In this document: positions 62,337-64,000 of the stretch, piece by piece
How positions within the stretch are numbered: the stretch's first letter is position 1
How the letters are laid out: the number at the start of each line of letters is the position of its first letter
DNA from: Takakia lepidozioides
Taxonomy: Eukaryota; Plantae; Bryophyta
Direction of reading: 5' to 3'
Assembly (NCBI GenBank): GCA_030704615.1
Contig: CM060732.1
Span: 58,404,001-58,468,000, forward strand
Length of the DNA stretch: 64,000 bases
Notes under the pieces: model-generated
The model's input: only the letters and a program-made list of their open reading frames with translations
Database searches by the model: none
Told to the model about the DNA's origin: nothing
Translations under genes and position numbers: made by a program

Positions 62337-62930
62337 GAATATACCACACCCGACAAGGTAGCAGGATTTGAACCCAGAATCACTTGGGTGGCACGCGCTC
62401 TATCCAACTGAGCTACCGGCTGACTATTGAGAACCAGCCGACATTGAAATTTATGAATTTTTTTAATTTGTTTTTCAAAATGAAACCTGGGAGCAACTGC
62501 TCACAATTCAGGCCCTTGAGGAGGGGGAAAAAATAACCTCCTTTCAGAGAAGCCATTAGGCACACAGGTGGAAACGTCACCACCAGACCAACCGGTCACG
62601 AACAATCCACACACCAAGCAGGGCAGCGGGTTTGAACCACGAACCACCAGGGCGACGCACTGTACACTTCCCAGCTGAGCTAATGTGCTGAACATTCTAA
62701 TACTATGGAATTGAAAAGTTAAAAAAAATAAACATCATGATCCGACTTGTATTAGAAAAAATAATACCCATCCAACTCTGGTTGGGACTCGGGACCAGGG
62801 ATTTGTTTTTGGACCGGCCTTAGTCGTTGATGTGGCTGTGAACCACCGTGTTGGTTGTTACAAAGGTGTCCACCTTCCTACCGGAAGGCAACAGCCCTTC
62901 TGGGTCAAGTGACACCATAAGTTATGCTAT

Positions 62931-64000
62931 GTGTCTACTCACCGTTTCATGGGTGATAAGCTTTTCAAAGAGCTCACTAGAGGGGGAGTGTCATGTTATT
63001 TGGAAGTGCCACCACGGAGCCAGCTGAATGCTTTATTGGAGCGCTTCCATTGTTCCTTGTATGCAGGTCACCTTGGTATCAAGAAAACCATGGCCCGCAT
63101 CCAAGAGGTTTACTATTGGCTGGGAATTCACCGGGATGTCACGGAGTTCATCTCTAAGTGTGAAGGTTGTCATGCTAACATTGCTCTCCCTAGGGTCCGG
63201 ATCTTGTATGAGCTGTAGCCTTTGCCTGTCACCCATGCTTTTGCTCGTGTTGGCATTGACTTGGTAGGACCCTTTGAACTCACATCAAAGGGTCGAAGCT
63301 ACCTTTGTGTTGCTACCGACTACTTGACTGAGAAGTCCGGCATTTGCGTTTGTCCTTGGGAAATACTAACGGATCAGGGCAAGGAGTTTTGTAACCAGCT
63401 CCTCATGGTGGTATGCTTCAATTTTGGTGTCAAGTATTCCACCACAGCCTCATACCATCCCTAGACCAATGGCCTCATGGAACGCTTCAACCAAACTCTT
63501 TGCCGAATATTGGAGAAGAATGGCGCACTTACCAGGGAGTGACATACTTTTCTTCCCCATATTCTCTTTGCTTATCGCACCGCCATGCATGCTAGCACCA
63601 AAAAGACTCATTTTGAATTGTTGTATGGTCGCAAGTGTGTTTCTCCTTTATATTCTACCCCTCTTATCTCTACTATTGCTGATCCGGTTGATCTTGATAC
63701 CTTTGTTGAGGATCTTCATGCTCGGCATGTGGTGTCTATCCATGATGCCAAGACGAACATTGGTAAGGCTCAGCTAACCTATGCCCGCAATTTTAACAAA
63801 CGTGTCAAGTATTCTAATCTATTTCAGATGGGACAGACCGTGTGCGTTCGATTGCAGCATGGTAAGCATGCATGCAAATCTAAACTAGTCAAGATCGACG
63901 GTCCATACTTGATCTATCAGATTTTACGTGGGCGACGTGCTCTCCTTCTTCCACAGGGGTCCAATACTGAAGTGCGGGATGATCCGGTTTCTTTGACGGA
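62931..64000 (+). pseudogene. Degenerate Ty3/gypsy integrase, running off the window
   Basis: HCSLYAGHLG...YYW...CEGC, GIDLVGP, LTDQGKEF, YHP..NGLMERFN, AYRTAMH, DGPY; stops and a deletion. Confidence 0.9.

Larger units (their letters stand above)
59730..62685. mobile_element. Cluster of tRNA-derived SINE-like repeats: 59730-59854 (+), 60168-60298 (+), 61420-62417 (-, split by MITE), 62505-62685 (-)
   Basis: A box TAGCTCAG(T/C)TGG (absent from the first, partial copy), B box GGTTCAAA(T/C)CC or a degenerate form, shared tail GAGGTTATTTT(C/T)TC. Acceptor and T stems do not pair, so these are not tRNA genes. Confidence 0.75.

Noticed and set aside
62345-62424. tRNA gene
   Set aside because: D arm pairs but acceptor and T stems do not; it continues into a repeat body shared with neighbouring copies.

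Overview
Eukaryotic nuclear DNA from a seed-free land plant (inference). A PLS-DYW RNA-editing PPR gene and an intron-containing LCIB gene point to a bryophyte-grade plant, with a hornwort the default guess; the host cannot be proven from this window. 1-27 kb is a nest of transposons: a gypsy integrase ending in a PHD finger, a spliced DNA-methyltransferase-like fragment, a CACTA remnant split by a complete 13.15-kb Ty3/gypsy element (GGAGC TSD) with large extra ORFs, and a hAT MITE. 29-57 kb holds host genes: an F-box gene, a 12-exon kinase-PP2C gene with LINE fragments in its introns, an 8-exon LCIB/theta-carbonic-anhydrase-like gene that the ORF track shows only as fragments, and a PLS-DYW PPR gene that splices in frame to an OSB-type PDF motif. 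A decayed copia element and orphan SEC1 and mnmA exons lie among them. 57-64 kb has an ATI1/2-like ORF, tRNA-derived repeats, a second hAT MITE and another gypsy integrase remnant. No CRISPR array, rRNA or intact tRNA was seen. All family assignments are by eye from remembered motifs; no database search was run.
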